The notes beneath the pieces were generated by a model that worked only from the letters and a program-made list of their open reading frames with translations, ran no database searches and had not been told where the DNA came from. This document shows, piece after piece, positions 31,107-41,150 of a stretch of DNA of 64,000 bases. Position 1 is the stretch's first letter. Each line of letters starts with the position of its first letter. Source of the DNA: Candidatus Thorarchaeota archaeon (GTDB lineage: Archaea; Asgardarchaeota; Thorarchaeia; Thorarchaeales; Thorarchaeaceae); NCBI GenBank assembly GCA_048882325.1, contig JBHLRS010000002.1, positions 131,412 through 195,411 of the forward strand. Direction: 5' to 3'. The translations under genes and the position numbers were made by a program.

Positions 31107-32438
31107 TTGGAGAAGACCACAACAGAAAATGGGAAACTTCGTACTGATCCATCAAAGATTGCTTGGCTGTCGTTACTCTCAGCTTTGAATCGATTAAGCC
31201 AGTCTTTTAATCAGATTGTTCTCCCGCTCTTTGTACTTACACTGATTGTGGATACGACTGATGCGACTGCGTTCTATGGTCTCATCGTAGCTATGGCAGG
31301 CTATGTCCAATCTGCGGTTCTTTTCCCCGCAGGGATGTTTAGTGATAGAAAAGGCAGAGGTCTCGCAATTCTTTTTGGCGGAGTCTTTTCTGGAATTGTT
31401 ATCATATTACTTCCCTTCGCAATGGATACAACAACAGTCCTCATCCTTTATGCTGCAACCGGAATAGGTGCAGGATTTCGAATGTCATCAATACGAGCAC
31501 TAATTGCTGATGCAACAAAGAGGGGGGCAGAACGAACCAAGTCCTATGGCTACACCATGGCAGTTTCAACAGTTGCCGCGATTGCAGGATCGTTCATAGG
31601 AGGATATGTACTTGATGAGGCAGCCCTCCCAGGCATAAATCCAGTTCTTGTGCGTTACATGATTTTGTTCTTCTTCATGGGAGGTCTTCGAATTGCAGCT
31701 GGAATTGTCGGGTTCCATACTGAGAGATGGTTGAAAAAACAGGGAATGCTCGACAACGAAATAGTTGAAGAAACTCACGTCGAACGTACTCGGGATGCAG
31801 AGAACGACACAAAGACTGCAACATTATTTGGTACGAGTCAGATGATAATGGGTTTCAGTTCAGGCATGGTTATTCCGTACATGATTAATTGGATAATTGA
31901 TGCATTCAATCCTAGTGAGATCATACTTGGGAGTATTCCAGCAGTTGCAAACCTAACACTGGCGTCAGGAGCACTCTTTGTTGGTCTTATGAGTGAACGG
32001 ACAGGGAAGCTGAAAATGATCACAGGGCTGTATATTCTGGCACCACTTCTCACTTTTGGTATTGTTTACTCACCACGACCTGAAGGATTTCTATTGATGA
32101 TAGTATTCTACATTGCGCGTCAAGCTGTGGCAAACATGGCACAGCCAGCAAACAACTCTCTCTTCATGGGAGAGATTAGTCAAGCCAGGAGAGGGCGGTC
32201 ATATGCTGTCACACGAATCATGTGGACATTTCCAAGACAGACAGGAACCCTTGTGACTTCCTTTATCCTAAGTCTTGGATTATTCTCAAGTGTAACCGAG
32301 TTTGGAGTTCTCGTCTTCCCACTCGCCATGATTCTCTATCCTGTCAGCGTAATACCAATGTACATCGCAGTCAGAAGAAATCGGCGGCTTGAACAATCAA
32401 TAGCTAGTCAAGAGATTGGTTTGAGAATTTCTCAATAA
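31107..32438 (+). CDS. MFS transporter
   Basis: GMFSDRKGR and GLMSERTGK motifs; multi-TM. Confidence 0.9.
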   Translation: MEKTTTENGKLRTDPSKIAWLSLLSALNRLSQSFNQIVLPLFVLTLIVDTTDATAFYGLIVAMAGYVQSAVLFPAGMFSDRKGRGLAILFGGVFSGIVIILLPFAMDTTTVLILYAATGIGAGFRMSSIRALIADATKRGAERTKSYGYTMAVSTVAAIAGSFIGGYVLDEAALPGINPVLVRYMILFFFMGGLRIAAGIVGFHTERWLKKQGMLDNEIVEETHVERTRDAENDTKTATLFGTSQMIMGFSSGMVIPYMINWIIDAFNPSEIILGSIPAVANLTLASGALFVGLMSERTGKLKMITGLYILAPLLTFGIVYSPRPEGFLLMIVFYIARQAVANMAQPANNSLFMGEISQARRGRSYAVTRIMWTFPRQTGTLVTSFILSLGLFSSVTEFGVLVFPLAMILYPVSVIPMYIAVRRNRRLEQSIASQEIGLRISQ

Positions 32439-32964
32439 ATTCATCACGAAGTATATCCATGATTAAGAGACCTTTGTGTACACCATCCATATACTCGGTC
32501 TGACGCAGAATTCCAACTGACTTGAAACCAATCTTCTTGTAGACCTGAATAGACCGTTCATTGTCTTCCATTGTATCAAGATAGAGGCTGTTAAGACCGA
32601 GGACTTTGAATCCAATACCAAGTAACACCACCATTGCATCGGTTCCATAACCCTTTCCTCTCATCTCAGGATTGTAAATCGAAATGCCTACCTCAGCTCG
32701 ATTATGGGGAAGTCGTATATCCTCAATCTTAGCGAGACCAAGAAACTGCTGAGTCTTTTTATCTTCGACAACAAGGTAGAGATGCCCATCTTTCCATGGA
32801 TCCCAAATAGAAACCCTCCGTAGCCACTCTTCCATGTATCTCTTTGACCTGACTATCGGTGGACCCAAAAATCTTCTCAGCTCAAGTGTATTATAGAACT
32901 TCATAATGTCATCAAGATCAGACATTTCTAAGGCGCGAAGAGTGACAAGTTCTCCTGAGTACAT
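32404..32964 (-). CDS. RimJ/RimL-type GNAT acetyltransferase
   Basis: AEVGISI, RGKGYGTDA, NERSIQVYKKIGF. Confidence 0.9.
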   Translation of the reverse strand: MYSGELVTLRALEMSDLDDIMKFYNTLELRRFLGPPIVRSKRYMEEWLRRVSIWDPWKDGHLYLVVEDKKTQQFLGLAKIEDIRLPHNRAEVGISIYNPEMRGKGYGTDAMVVLLGIGFKVLGLNSLYLDTMEDNERSIQVYKKIGFKSVGILRQTEYMDGVHKGLLIMDILRDEFIEKFSNQSLD

Positions 32965-33070
32965 ACTCTTGTCTATACTATCACATCTGATAAGGATGAT
33001 TCATCAAAGCCGGAATCCTTAACATGTGCCAGAGAGTCAAAAATTGGATATCTCGATTAGGTGAAATAGG

Positions 33071-33814
33071 ATGGCAAGTTCTTCATTCAAAACACCAATT
33101 GGAATCCTGCGACTGCTAATCGTATTAGCAGTTCTAGCGATAGTCGTGTTAGTCCAAGTCTTTACTGGATTCTTTGAACCCAATCCAAACTGGTTATTCC
33201 TCTCTGGCTCTGCGATGATTGTTGCTCTTGCTCTACTGAACTATGTAGAAATGAAAACCCGTTTTGTGATGTTCATGTTCGTTGCGATGGCTGTCTGTTT
33301 TCTTGCAGATCTGTTGATGGCGAGTGTATTCTATCTCATCCCAGCAGAGGAATCAATCCGTAATCTAATCAATGGCGTTCCAATCTTTCTCATTGGGCAT
33401 GTGATATACCTGTTAGCTTTGAGAAACCGCTCCCCTCTCTTTCTTCGAAGTGAGTCACCGAAACTAATCATGAGAAATCTTATAATTTGGATTGTGAGTA
33501 TAGCAGCAGTCTTTGTACTCTTCTTCTTCACGTTATACAATCCAACAAATCTAGTTGTAAGTATCGGACTATTTGTCTATGGGATATTCCTTACATCATC
33601 CCTTGTCTTCAGTATCACAAAGTGGTTTGACGATTTTCCACAATTCTTCAGCCTTAGTCTGATCTTTGGATTTTTACTGTTCTTCATTTCTGATTACATA
33701 CTCGGATACAAGATTCTTGTTGGAAATGTCTTCCCAGGTATTGAAGCAGTAGGAATTACATACCTTCTAGGGCAACTGCTAATCCATCTTTCACCTAAGT
33801 TAGAAAACGTTTGA
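33071..33814 (+). CDS. YhhN/lysoplasmalogenase-like membrane protein
   Basis: ADLLM, FLIGHVIY, FFISD..LG, TYLLGQLLI. Confidence 0.78.
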   Translation: MASSSFKTPIGILRLLIVLAVLAIVVLVQVFTGFFEPNPNWLFLSGSAMIVALALLNYVEMKTRFVMFMFVAMAVCFLADLLMASVFYLIPAEESIRNLINGVPIFLIGHVIYLLALRNRSPLFLRSESPKLIMRNLIIWIVSIAAVFVLFFFTLYNPTNLVVSIGLFVYGIFLTSSLVFSITKWFDDFPQFFSLSLIFGFLLFFISDYILGYKILVGNVFPGIEAVGITYLLGQLLIHLSPKLENV

Positions 33815-33823
33815 GGACTTGAA

Positions 33824-34591
33824 ATGGACAAACAATATCTACTTGCGACCATGACCTGGGAGGAAGTCGAAGAGCGGCTGAAAGAGTGTGACATAGCTCT
33901 TGTTCCTCTTGGCTCAACTGAACAGCATGGCCCAGCGTTACCTCTGAGCACAGACCACTTTATCGCTACTCAGTTCTCATATAGAGCTGCTGACATGGTG
34001 TGGGATAAGTACAAAGTGGTAGTAACTCCTACTGTCACCTTTGGGTTCTCACCGCACCACATGCAATTCAAGGGTACTATCACTCTTAGCGAGTTGACAT
34101 TATCCAGTATGATTGCAGATATCTGCCATTCTCTTGCACAACACGGATTCAGGAAAATCATCCTTGTCAATGGTCACGGAGGTAATGAAACAGCAATCTC
34201 AAATGCAATGCATGATATGCATGGAAATATTGATGCAAAGATCTACCATGTGAACTGGTATGGTCTTGTTGGAGATATTATCAAAGATGTGGTCACACCA
34301 CCAGCCTATCACGCGTGCGATATGGAGACCTCAGTTGCTTGGTATCTGGGACAACGTGTTCTGGAGGACAAAAGGGTCGATGAACCGGGAAAGGTTCTAG
34401 TCCCAGGTTTCATAATTCCGGATATGCTTGCACCTCCCCCAAACGCTTCGGTATCATACGATATCAAAGATATCACTGACTCGGGTGTAGTTGGCTATGC
34501 CACGAAAGCCACAAAGGAGAAAGGGAAAATAATCACAGACTCTGTTCTTGAACGACTTACAAGGTTCATAGAAGAGATTGCGAAGTTATGA
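33824..34591 (+). CDS. creatininase family amidohydrolase
   Basis: GSTEQHG..LP..TD, NGHGGN, HA...ETS. Confidence 0.92.
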   Translation: MDKQYLLATMTWEEVEERLKECDIALVPLGSTEQHGPALPLSTDHFIATQFSYRAADMVWDKYKVVVTPTVTFGFSPHHMQFKGTITLSELTLSSMIADICHSLAQHGFRKIILVNGHGGNETAISNAMHDMHGNIDAKIYHVNWYGLVGDIIKDVVTPPAYHACDMETSVAWYLGQRVLEDKRVDEPGKVLVPGFIIPDMLAPPPNASVSYDIKDITDSGVVGYATKATKEKGKIITDSVLERLTRFIEEIAKL

Positions 34592-34608
34592 AGACCAATC
34601 GCTCAAGT

Positions 34609-35298
34609 CTACCCCGGCATCAAATGAATGTGATCGATGTTGCTTGTTTCATCTTGGTCTATGATGAACTTTGTTGCCTTTGCTACATCTGATGCTGTCA
34701 GCATCTTGCTACGATCAACATCCCGACCATCAAACCATGGGGTTGAAACTGAACCGGGATTGATTGTTGCAGCTTTGATCTTGGTACCTTTCAGCTCTTC
34801 TCTGAGACTCCAGACCATAGCCTGCACCGCATGTTTTGTTCCAGCGTAGATGCTTGATCTAGCAGAGGTCTTGAGTCCTAGATTGGATGAGGTGACAATG
34901 ATCTGCCCACTATTTCGTTCTCGCATTCCAGGCAAGACTTTTCTCAACCAAAGAAAGACTCCTCTAACGTTTGTATTGAACTGTTCGTCGAACTGTGCTA
35001 CAGTGAGGTCTTCTAAGTTTCCAAAGTGACCCACTCCAGCATTTGCGACAATGACATCAATACTGCCCATCTTTGATTCAGCTTCTGAGAAATGAGTGTC
35101 AACAGTCATTTCATCTGCAACCTCACCCACTGAAAAGAAGGCTTGACCTCCCGCAGATTCGACCTCTTGTGCGACCTTCATCAAACGATTTTCGTTTCGT
35201 CCTACTAGAAAGATGATATGTCCATCGACAGCCATCTGAAGTGCAATCTCTCTACCTATACCGCTTGATGCACCAGTAATTAAGATTCGTTTCTTCAT
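34609..35298 (-). CDS. SDR oxidoreductase
   Basis: TGASSGIG, NAG, YAGTK. Confidence 0.93.
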   Translation of the reverse strand: MKKRILITGASSGIGREIALQMAVDGHIIFLVGRNENRLMKVAQEVESAGGQAFFSVGEVADEMTVDTHFSEAESKMGSIDVIVANAGVGHFGNLEDLTVAQFDEQFNTNVRGVFLWLRKVLPGMRERNSGQIIVTSSNLGLKTSARSSIYAGTKHAVQAMVWSLREELKGTKIKAATINPGSVSTPWFDGRDVDRSKMLTASDVAKATKFIIDQDETSNIDHIHLMPG

Positions 35299-35375
35299 GA
35301 TTATTTCGTCCGATATTAATATGAAAGATGAAGTTTTTCTAGCTTCTCTTTAAATTAGATATTGAGGAAATACAC

Positions 35376-35609
35376 GTGGCTGAAGATGAGAGAGTGAAAA
35401 TTCCAGAGAAGTGCGTGAATTGTGGATCAAATGAAATCGCTGGACCATTCGAAATGCATGGCCATGCAGTGTACATTGAACTATTTTCTTTTGTCCGACG
35501 TTACACGTATGTATGTGTAGATTGCATGTATGTCATGTATTTTGTGAATTGGAAAGAACGAGAATCAGTGCGCAAGAAGTATCAAGACAAGCAACTCAAG
35601 GTCCAATGA
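35376..35609 (+). CDS. small Zn-ribbon protein
   Basis: CVNCG...CVDC; GAGG upstream. Confidence 0.7.
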   Translation: MAEDERVKIPEKCVNCGSNEIAGPFEMHGHAVYIELFSFVRRYTYVCVDCMYVMYFVNWKERESVRKKYQDKQLKVQ

Positions 35610-35692
35610 ATTCTTGCCACTTTTAGAACGCTTAAATTCACCATTGTGAATTCATTACTGTTCCATTCACTAGTTACTGGAGAATTAAAAGA

Positions 35693-36547
35693 GTGACAGA
35701 AACTCGAAGCATCAAGACAATACTTAGAGCTAAGCCAACAATGGAGGGTGCAGGCGTTCGTCTGAAACGTGTTTTTGGCTATCATGAAACCGAGCTTATG
35801 GATCCCTTCTTGTTGTTAGACCATTTTGGTTCTGACAATCCAGATGACTATCTAAAGGGATTTCCATGGCATCCACATCGGGGAATCGAAACAATCACGT
35901 ACATGGTCCAAGGTAAGGTTAAACACGAAGACAGTCTTGGGAATGCTGGTGCCATTGAGTCAGGCGATGTGCAGTGGATGACAGCTGGGAGTGGTATAAT
36001 TCACCAAGAGATGCCGCAACGCTCTGAAGGCGCGATGATGGGATTTCAGCTTTGGGCGAATCTACCTAAGTCAAACAAGATGATGCACCCGCGATATCAA
36101 GACATCAAAGATTCAGAGATACCTGTTATTGAAACTGAGAGCGGTGCAAAGGTGCGAATCATATGTGGGAAACTTCATGGAACATGCGGACCAGTTAGTG
36201 AGATTGTCACCGATCCTGAATACATGGATGTGATTGTCCCAGCCGGAAAAGAGTTCGTACACTCAGTGAAGAAAGGTCACACTGTCTTTGCATATGTGTT
36301 TGAAGGAGAGGGCTACTTTGATGAGAACAAAGAGAATCTCATTGAATCAGAACATCTAATACTGTTCGAAGATGGTGACCAAGTTGTTGCAAAGGCATCA
36401 GACAAACAACTACGTTTCTTGTTGGTTTCGGGTATGCCAATCGGGGAACCGATTGCGTGGTATGGCCCAATTGTGATGAACAATCGGGAGGAACTGGAAG
36501 TAGCTTTTAGAGAATATCGTGAGGGCACATTCATCAAGCACGACTAG
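35693..36547 (+). CDS. pirin family protein
   Basis: DPFLLLD, HPHRGIET, WMTAGSGIIHQE, QLWANLP. Confidence 0.95.
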   Translation: MTETRSIKTILRAKPTMEGAGVRLKRVFGYHETELMDPFLLLDHFGSDNPDDYLKGFPWHPHRGIETITYMVQGKVKHEDSLGNAGAIESGDVQWMTAGSGIIHQEMPQRSEGAMMGFQLWANLPKSNKMMHPRYQDIKDSEIPVIETESGAKVRIICGKLHGTCGPVSEIVTDPEYMDVIVPAGKEFVHSVKKGHTVFAYVFEGEGYFDENKENLIESEHLILFEDGDQVVAKASDKQLRFLLVSGMPIGEPIAWYGPIVMNNREELEVAFREYREGTFIKHD

Positions 36548-36553
36548 AAGACT

Positions 36554-38560
36554 CTAGAAATCTGTATTGACCTTCGAAAAGATATTCCTACTTGAATTTC
36601 CAATCTGCAACTCGAACTCTCCTGGCTCAAGATGCCAATCATGTTTGTCAACATCATAGAACATTAAATCATGCACTCGGACCTGTATAGGAACTATCTT
36701 TCGTTCACTGGGATTCAAGACTACCTTCTCAAATCCAACAAGCTCCTTGAGAGGTCTCTCTACCGAACTCTGAACATCATGCGAATAGACCTGCAAGACT
36801 TCCGAACCCATACGTTCTCCGCTATTCTCAATCTCGATTTTGATGGTCACAGCTTCTTCTGTTTCCTTCTCAAGCTCAATATCTCCAAGATCAAATCTAG
36901 TGTAGCCAAGACCGAAACCAAAGGGAAATAATGGTTCTATCTCCTTTTTATCAAACCAGCGATATCCAATGAAGATACCCTCATCATAATAGACATCCTT
37001 GACCTCGTCACCAGGATAGTTCCTAGCCAGCCCGGAGTGGTGCGCTGGAGAATCGGATAGCTTCTGAGGGAAAGTAAGTGGTAATTTTCCTGAGGGGTAA
37101 GCATCACCAAAGAGTATGTTCGCAATAGCTCGCCCTCCTTCCATTCCAGGATACCATGCATTAAGAATCACTGGCACCTTCTCATACCAACTGTCCATAG
37201 CAATGGGACTACCAGCAATGAGCACAATTATCGTGTTGGGATTATCACTTGCAGTTTCAAGAATTAATTCAACCTGTTCTTCTGGAAGTTGTAGGTCTGT
37301 TCGGTCATACGATTCCGAGTCCATGCCCTTTGAATGATTCAAGCCAGCAAAGATGATAGCAGCATCAGCTTTCGAAACATCTGAAATGATCTCTATTTTT
37401 CCTTTGATCTTCTCTTTTATTCCATCGAGCGGTGTAATCTCGTATAGAGCTACTACAGCTGATGAACCTCCAGACAATATCCTCCCGAATTTCTTTTTCA
37501 GATTAGGACCGGATACTGAAATTGAATCTAAATCATCGAAGTTCAGGGGTAACACATCACCTCGATTTTTCAATAGTACCATTCCCTCTTCTGCGATTCT
37601 TCGGGCGAGAAACTGATGCTCTACTGTATTCCGAATTCCCTGAGGTATTTTACTTGGTTCTTCAAAGGCACCTGTCAAAATCATAACACGCAGGAATCGA
37701 AACACTAGGTCGTCAAGTGCTTCCTCAGTGAACTTTCCTTCATCAAAAGCCCTGTGTAGTGCCTTCTGTTTATACTTAGATGGAAAAGGCATTTCCAGAG
37801 AGAGACCGGCATTAATGCATCCTTCAGTAGTTTCGATAGGGCGTGTTGCCAACCAATCTGAAACAACAAAGCCTTTGAAACCCCAACGGCCCATTAGGAC
37901 TTCACGGATTAGATACTTGTGCTCACAACCATACACACCATTGATTTTATTGTAAGATCCCATGATAGCCCAAGGATCTGCTTCTGTGACGATATCTCGA
38001 AAAGCTCGAAGGTAAACTTCATGGAGCGTTCGTTCATCCACAACTGAATTACAGGACCTTCTATCTATTTCTTGATTGTTTGCTGCGTAGTGCTTCACGC
38101 ACGCACCAACACCAATGCTCTGGACTCCTTGAACAAGTGGGATTGCTAGTTCCTTCGTGAGGAATGGATCCTCACCATAGTATTCGAATGTGCGACCATT
38201 GAGTGGGGTGCGATCGATATTCACTCCAGGGGCTAGAAGCATATGGCGATTGACAGCACGTACTTCCTTAGCCATAGCAACTCCCATCTCTCGTGCAAGT
38301 TGTCGATTCCATCCGGATGCTACAGAAATCGCAGCTGGAAATCTCGTACATTTCGAGAGACCACTTGAGTGATATGCAACGCCTAATGGACCGTCTGTCA
38401 TTCTGAATGACGGAACACCAAGACGCTTGATGGGTTTGGTGACATAGATTCGATGAAATCCCGGACTCGTCAGCGATTGGAATTTATCTTTCAATGTCAT
38501 TCGTGAAAGTATCTCTCTTGCTCTCACATCCTCAGGAGATTGATGGTTGTTAGTTGCCAT
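36554..38560 (-). CDS. GH3 beta-glucosidase
   Basis: TDGP.G, GRTFEY..EDP, KHY, SDW, LLKN; C-terminal Fn3-like domain. Confidence 0.93.
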   Translation of the reverse strand: MATNNHQSPEDVRAREILSRMTLKDKFQSLTSPGFHRIYVTKPIKRLGVPSFRMTDGPLGVAYHSSGLSKCTRFPAAISVASGWNRQLAREMGVAMAKEVRAVNRHMLLAPGVNIDRTPLNGRTFEYYGEDPFLTKELAIPLVQGVQSIGVGACVKHYAANNQEIDRRSCNSVVDERTLHEVYLRAFRDIVTEADPWAIMGSYNKINGVYGCEHKYLIREVLMGRWGFKGFVVSDWLATRPIETTEGCINAGLSLEMPFPSKYKQKALHRAFDEGKFTEEALDDLVFRFLRVMILTGAFEEPSKIPQGIRNTVEHQFLARRIAEEGMVLLKNRGDVLPLNFDDLDSISVSGPNLKKKFGRILSGGSSAVVALYEITPLDGIKEKIKGKIEIISDVSKADAAIIFAGLNHSKGMDSESYDRTDLQLPEEQVELILETASDNPNTIIVLIAGSPIAMDSWYEKVPVILNAWYPGMEGGRAIANILFGDAYPSGKLPLTFPQKLSDSPAHHSGLARNYPGDEVKDVYYDEGIFIGYRWFDKKEIEPLFPFGFGLGYTRFDLGDIELEKETEEAVTIKIEIENSGERMGSEVLQVYSHDVQSSVERPLKELVGFEKVVLNPSERKIVPIQVRVHDLMFYDVDKHDWHLEPGEFELQIGNSSRNIFSKVNTDF

Positions 38561-38739
38561 GGTATGCCATCCATTGCCAGATATTGACTCAAGTTCTGGA
38601 GGATGTGGTTTATTTGTACTCTCCGGAAGTTCGAAAACCGCAGGTAGCGAAGGGCATATATAGTCGAAAATTGGCGCCCCGCTTGCGTGTACGACCCGAA
38701 CAGAGGGCCGCTATACCGTTCAAGCCTACGGTGAAAACT

Positions 38740-39930
38740 ATGAAGAGAGATCCAACTGGTTGGATGAGAGACGAGTATAACAAGCTCGTCGAACAGAATT
38801 TTGACTGGAAGATTCGCGAGTTGCAAGGTCCTTCGACTCCGAGTGCAAAGATTGACGGCAAAGAGGTAATCATGTTATGCAGCAACAACTACCTCAATCT
38901 GAGCAATCATCCAAAGATGAAGGAGGCAGCTCTTGAGGCCATTAAAACTCATGGTGTTGGCTCAGGCTCAGTTAGAGCTATTGCAGGAACAATGGACTTG
39001 CACCTTGAATTGGAACGAAGACTTGCAAAGTTCAAAGGTGCTGAGGCCGCACTTACCTACAGTGCTGGTTTTACAACTAATGAGGGACTGATTCCTCAGC
39101 TTGTCGACAAGGAAGATGCAATCATCTCCGACGAGTTGAATCATGGTTCAATCATAGATGGTGTTAGGTTGACCAAAGCAACTCGTTTCGTATACAAGCA
39201 TAATGATGTAGCTGACCTCGAGCGAGTTTTGGAGGAGGCGGAGAAGGAGAATCCTAAGAAGATGCTCGTGATCACTGACGGAGTATTCAGTATGGATGGA
39301 GATATTGCTCCACTTGATGGTATCGTGAAGGCGGCCAAACCACACGGTGCGATGATATATGTTGATGATGCTCACGGTGAAGCAGTTCTTGGAAAAGGTG
39401 GTCGTGGTATTGTTTCACACTTCAACCTCACCCACAACGATGTTCACTTTGAGATGGGAACCTTCTCGAAGGCTTTTGGAGTGATGGGAGGTCACGTGTC
39501 CGGTAGTCAGGATATGGTTAACTACGCGCTCAATAAGAGTCGTTCATGGTTGCTAAGTGCATCACACCCACCAGCCACAGCAGCTGCTTGCATCGCAGCA
39601 ATTGATGTTCTCGAAACAGAAGAAGAACATGTGAAGACCTTATGGGACAACCGCGAGTACTTCGTGAAGGGACTCCAGCAGATGGATTATGACACTGGAT
39701 TCAGTCAGACTCCAATCATCCCGGCAATGTGTGGAGAGAGTTCAAAAGCAGTTGCCCTGAGTGATGGTCTCTTCAAGGAAGGGATTCTTGCATTACCGAT
39801 TGTATTCCCGATGGTCGCTCGTGACAAGGCGAGGATTCGCAACATGATGAACAGCGGACTGACCAAGGAGCAGCTAGACATTTCACTAGCAGCATATGAG
39901 AAGGTCGGTAAGCAAGTAGGAATCATCTAG
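38740..39930 (+). CDS. kbl: glycine C-acetyltransferase / AONS family PLP enzyme
   Basis: SNNYL, NHGSIIDG, DGVFSMDG, DDAHG, GTFSKAFG; GGTGA RBS before ATG 38740. Confidence 0.85.
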   Translation: MKRDPTGWMRDEYNKLVEQNFDWKIRELQGPSTPSAKIDGKEVIMLCSNNYLNLSNHPKMKEAALEAIKTHGVGSGSVRAIAGTMDLHLELERRLAKFKGAEAALTYSAGFTTNEGLIPQLVDKEDAIISDELNHGSIIDGVRLTKATRFVYKHNDVADLERVLEEAEKENPKKMLVITDGVFSMDGDIAPLDGIVKAAKPHGAMIYVDDAHGEAVLGKGGRGIVSHFNLTHNDVHFEMGTFSKAFGVMGGHVSGSQDMVNYALNKSRSWLLSASHPPATAAACIAAIDVLETEEEHVKTLWDNREYFVKGLQQMDYDTGFSQTPIIPAMCGESSKAVALSDGLFKEGILALPIVFPMVARDKARIRNMMNSGLTKEQLDISLAAYEKVGKQVGII

Positions 39931-39935
39931 AAAAC

Positions 39936-39986
39936 ACTGAATACGCATCGCCACTTTGATGTGAATGATGCGTTCAGTCTTCTTTT
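39936..39986 (+). terminator. hairpin between convergent genes
   Basis: ACTGAA..CGCATC pairs with GATGCG TTCAGT; followed by CTTCTTTT. Confidence 0.55.
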
Positions 39987-39990
39987 GTAA

Positions 39991-40269
39991 TTATTTGACC
40001 TTCTCATCGACCTTTTCAAGCTCAACAATAGGCGCAAATCTGAAACTGACCTCTGGCAGGTAATGACGAGTAATCTTGACAAGGTGTTCAGGATTCTCAG
40101 TTTCTACAAGCTGGAAACCTTCAGGTCCATCTACCATTGTGTAGTTCTTCGAGATGAACTTAGCATGTTGGTCTGGATCCTTCTTTACGATTGCTCGGAA
40201 CTCTTTCAGCTTATCCATGACCACATTGTGATCAGCAGGGGCATATTCCCAAAACATGATGTATTTCAT
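39991..40269 (-). CDS. DUF3303-like small protein
   Basis: MKYIMFWEY...GFQLVETEN...FRFAPIV pattern. Confidence 0.7.
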   Translation of the reverse strand: MKYIMFWEYAPADHNVVMDKLKEFRAIVKKDPDQHAKFISKNYTMVDGPEGFQLVETENPEHLVKITRHYLPEVSFRFAPIVELEKVDEKVK

Positions 40270-40406
40270 TGAATCAACTCCATGGAACTCCATCTTGAAT
40301 CTCGTCGATAATTTAAGAGGATTGTGACATGACCGATTCCAGAACAGACTACCCAGTCAGTTAACATTGCTAATCCTTAAGTCTGAAGAAGATGATAGTC
40401 TAGGAC

Positions 40407-40643
40407 ATGTCGGACTTTCAGAAGGATGCGACATTGAGGAGTGTTTTGCTTGACGCCGCCAAGTCGGGTGAACGGATGAGATTCTACGGCCCAGGTATGA
40501 TGATTGTCGCAGAAGGATGCATAGCCTATGTGGGAGAGGATATCGTCGGCATAAAACATGGAAACACTGATGACGCTGATGAGTTTGTGTCCCTAGAATG
40601 CATTATCAAGATCCAAACTTTGGGCGAGTACCGTCACTATTGA
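40407..40643 (+). CDS. small hypothetical protein (possible Sm-like beta-barrel)
   Basis: 78 aa; N-terminal helix then EGCIAYVGEDIV...EFVSLECI. Confidence 0.65.
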   Translation: MSDFQKDATLRSVLLDAAKSGERMRFYGPGMMIVAEGCIAYVGEDIVGIKHGNTDDADEFVSLECIIKIQTLGEYRHY

Positions 40644-40721
40644 GCTCGGTGAGCGAAGCATTCACACTCTCTGTCGATTAATTTATGTTTCATGAAGGAG
40701 TGAAAACTCAGAGGTTTTCGT

Positions 40722-41129
40722 ATGGGATTCTTAGGAACAACTGCACCTTTACTTGTTGATGTTAACCTGATACTTCAATATCTAACACTTATCCTCCTGA
40801 TTGTTGGTTACGTCAAGAGGAAACCCCTCAAGACTCATGGGTATATAATGCTGCTAGTGCTTCTGATTGGCATTTTGACCACATTTGCGGTTATGGCGCC
40901 AAGTCTACTCCCCACAGCAGCAATCTTCGGAGTTGCAGTATTTGGTCATGCAGCAGCAGGAACTATCGCAATGTTACTCGGAGTTCTTTTCACTTACAGG
41001 TTTGTTATTGCGTTAAGAAATGAGCAACCTTTGTCATGTGGGAAAAAGAGAAACATGAGGATTGCATTGATTCTCTGGATTGTTCTGGTGTTATTTGGCA
41101 CCATGATATATCTGAGTCTATATTTGTAG
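40722..41129 (+). CDS. DUF420-like membrane protein
   Basis: 4 TM with His residues (KTHG, FGHA); GAGGT RBS. Confidence 0.72.
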   Translation: MGFLGTTAPLLVDVNLILQYLTLILLIVGYVKRKPLKTHGYIMLLVLLIGILTTFAVMAPSLLPTAAIFGVAVFGHAAAGTIAMLLGVLFTYRFVIALRNEQPLSCGKKRNMRIALILWIVLVLFGTMIYLSLYL

Positions 41130-41150
41130 CGTTTATCTCCAGCTGTCTGG

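Noticed and set aside
38554-38739. N-terminal extension of the kbl-like ORF
   Set aside because: Spans the divergent promoter; the RBS supports ATG 38740
38660-38740. tRNA or glycine riboswitch
   Set aside because: No cloverleaf and no glycine-aptamer consensus
39936-39978. SECIS element or C/D-box RNA (CTGA and ATGATG in a hairpin)
   Set aside because: No in-frame TGA selenoprotein candidate nearby and the box order is incomplete; a terminator between convergent genes is simpler
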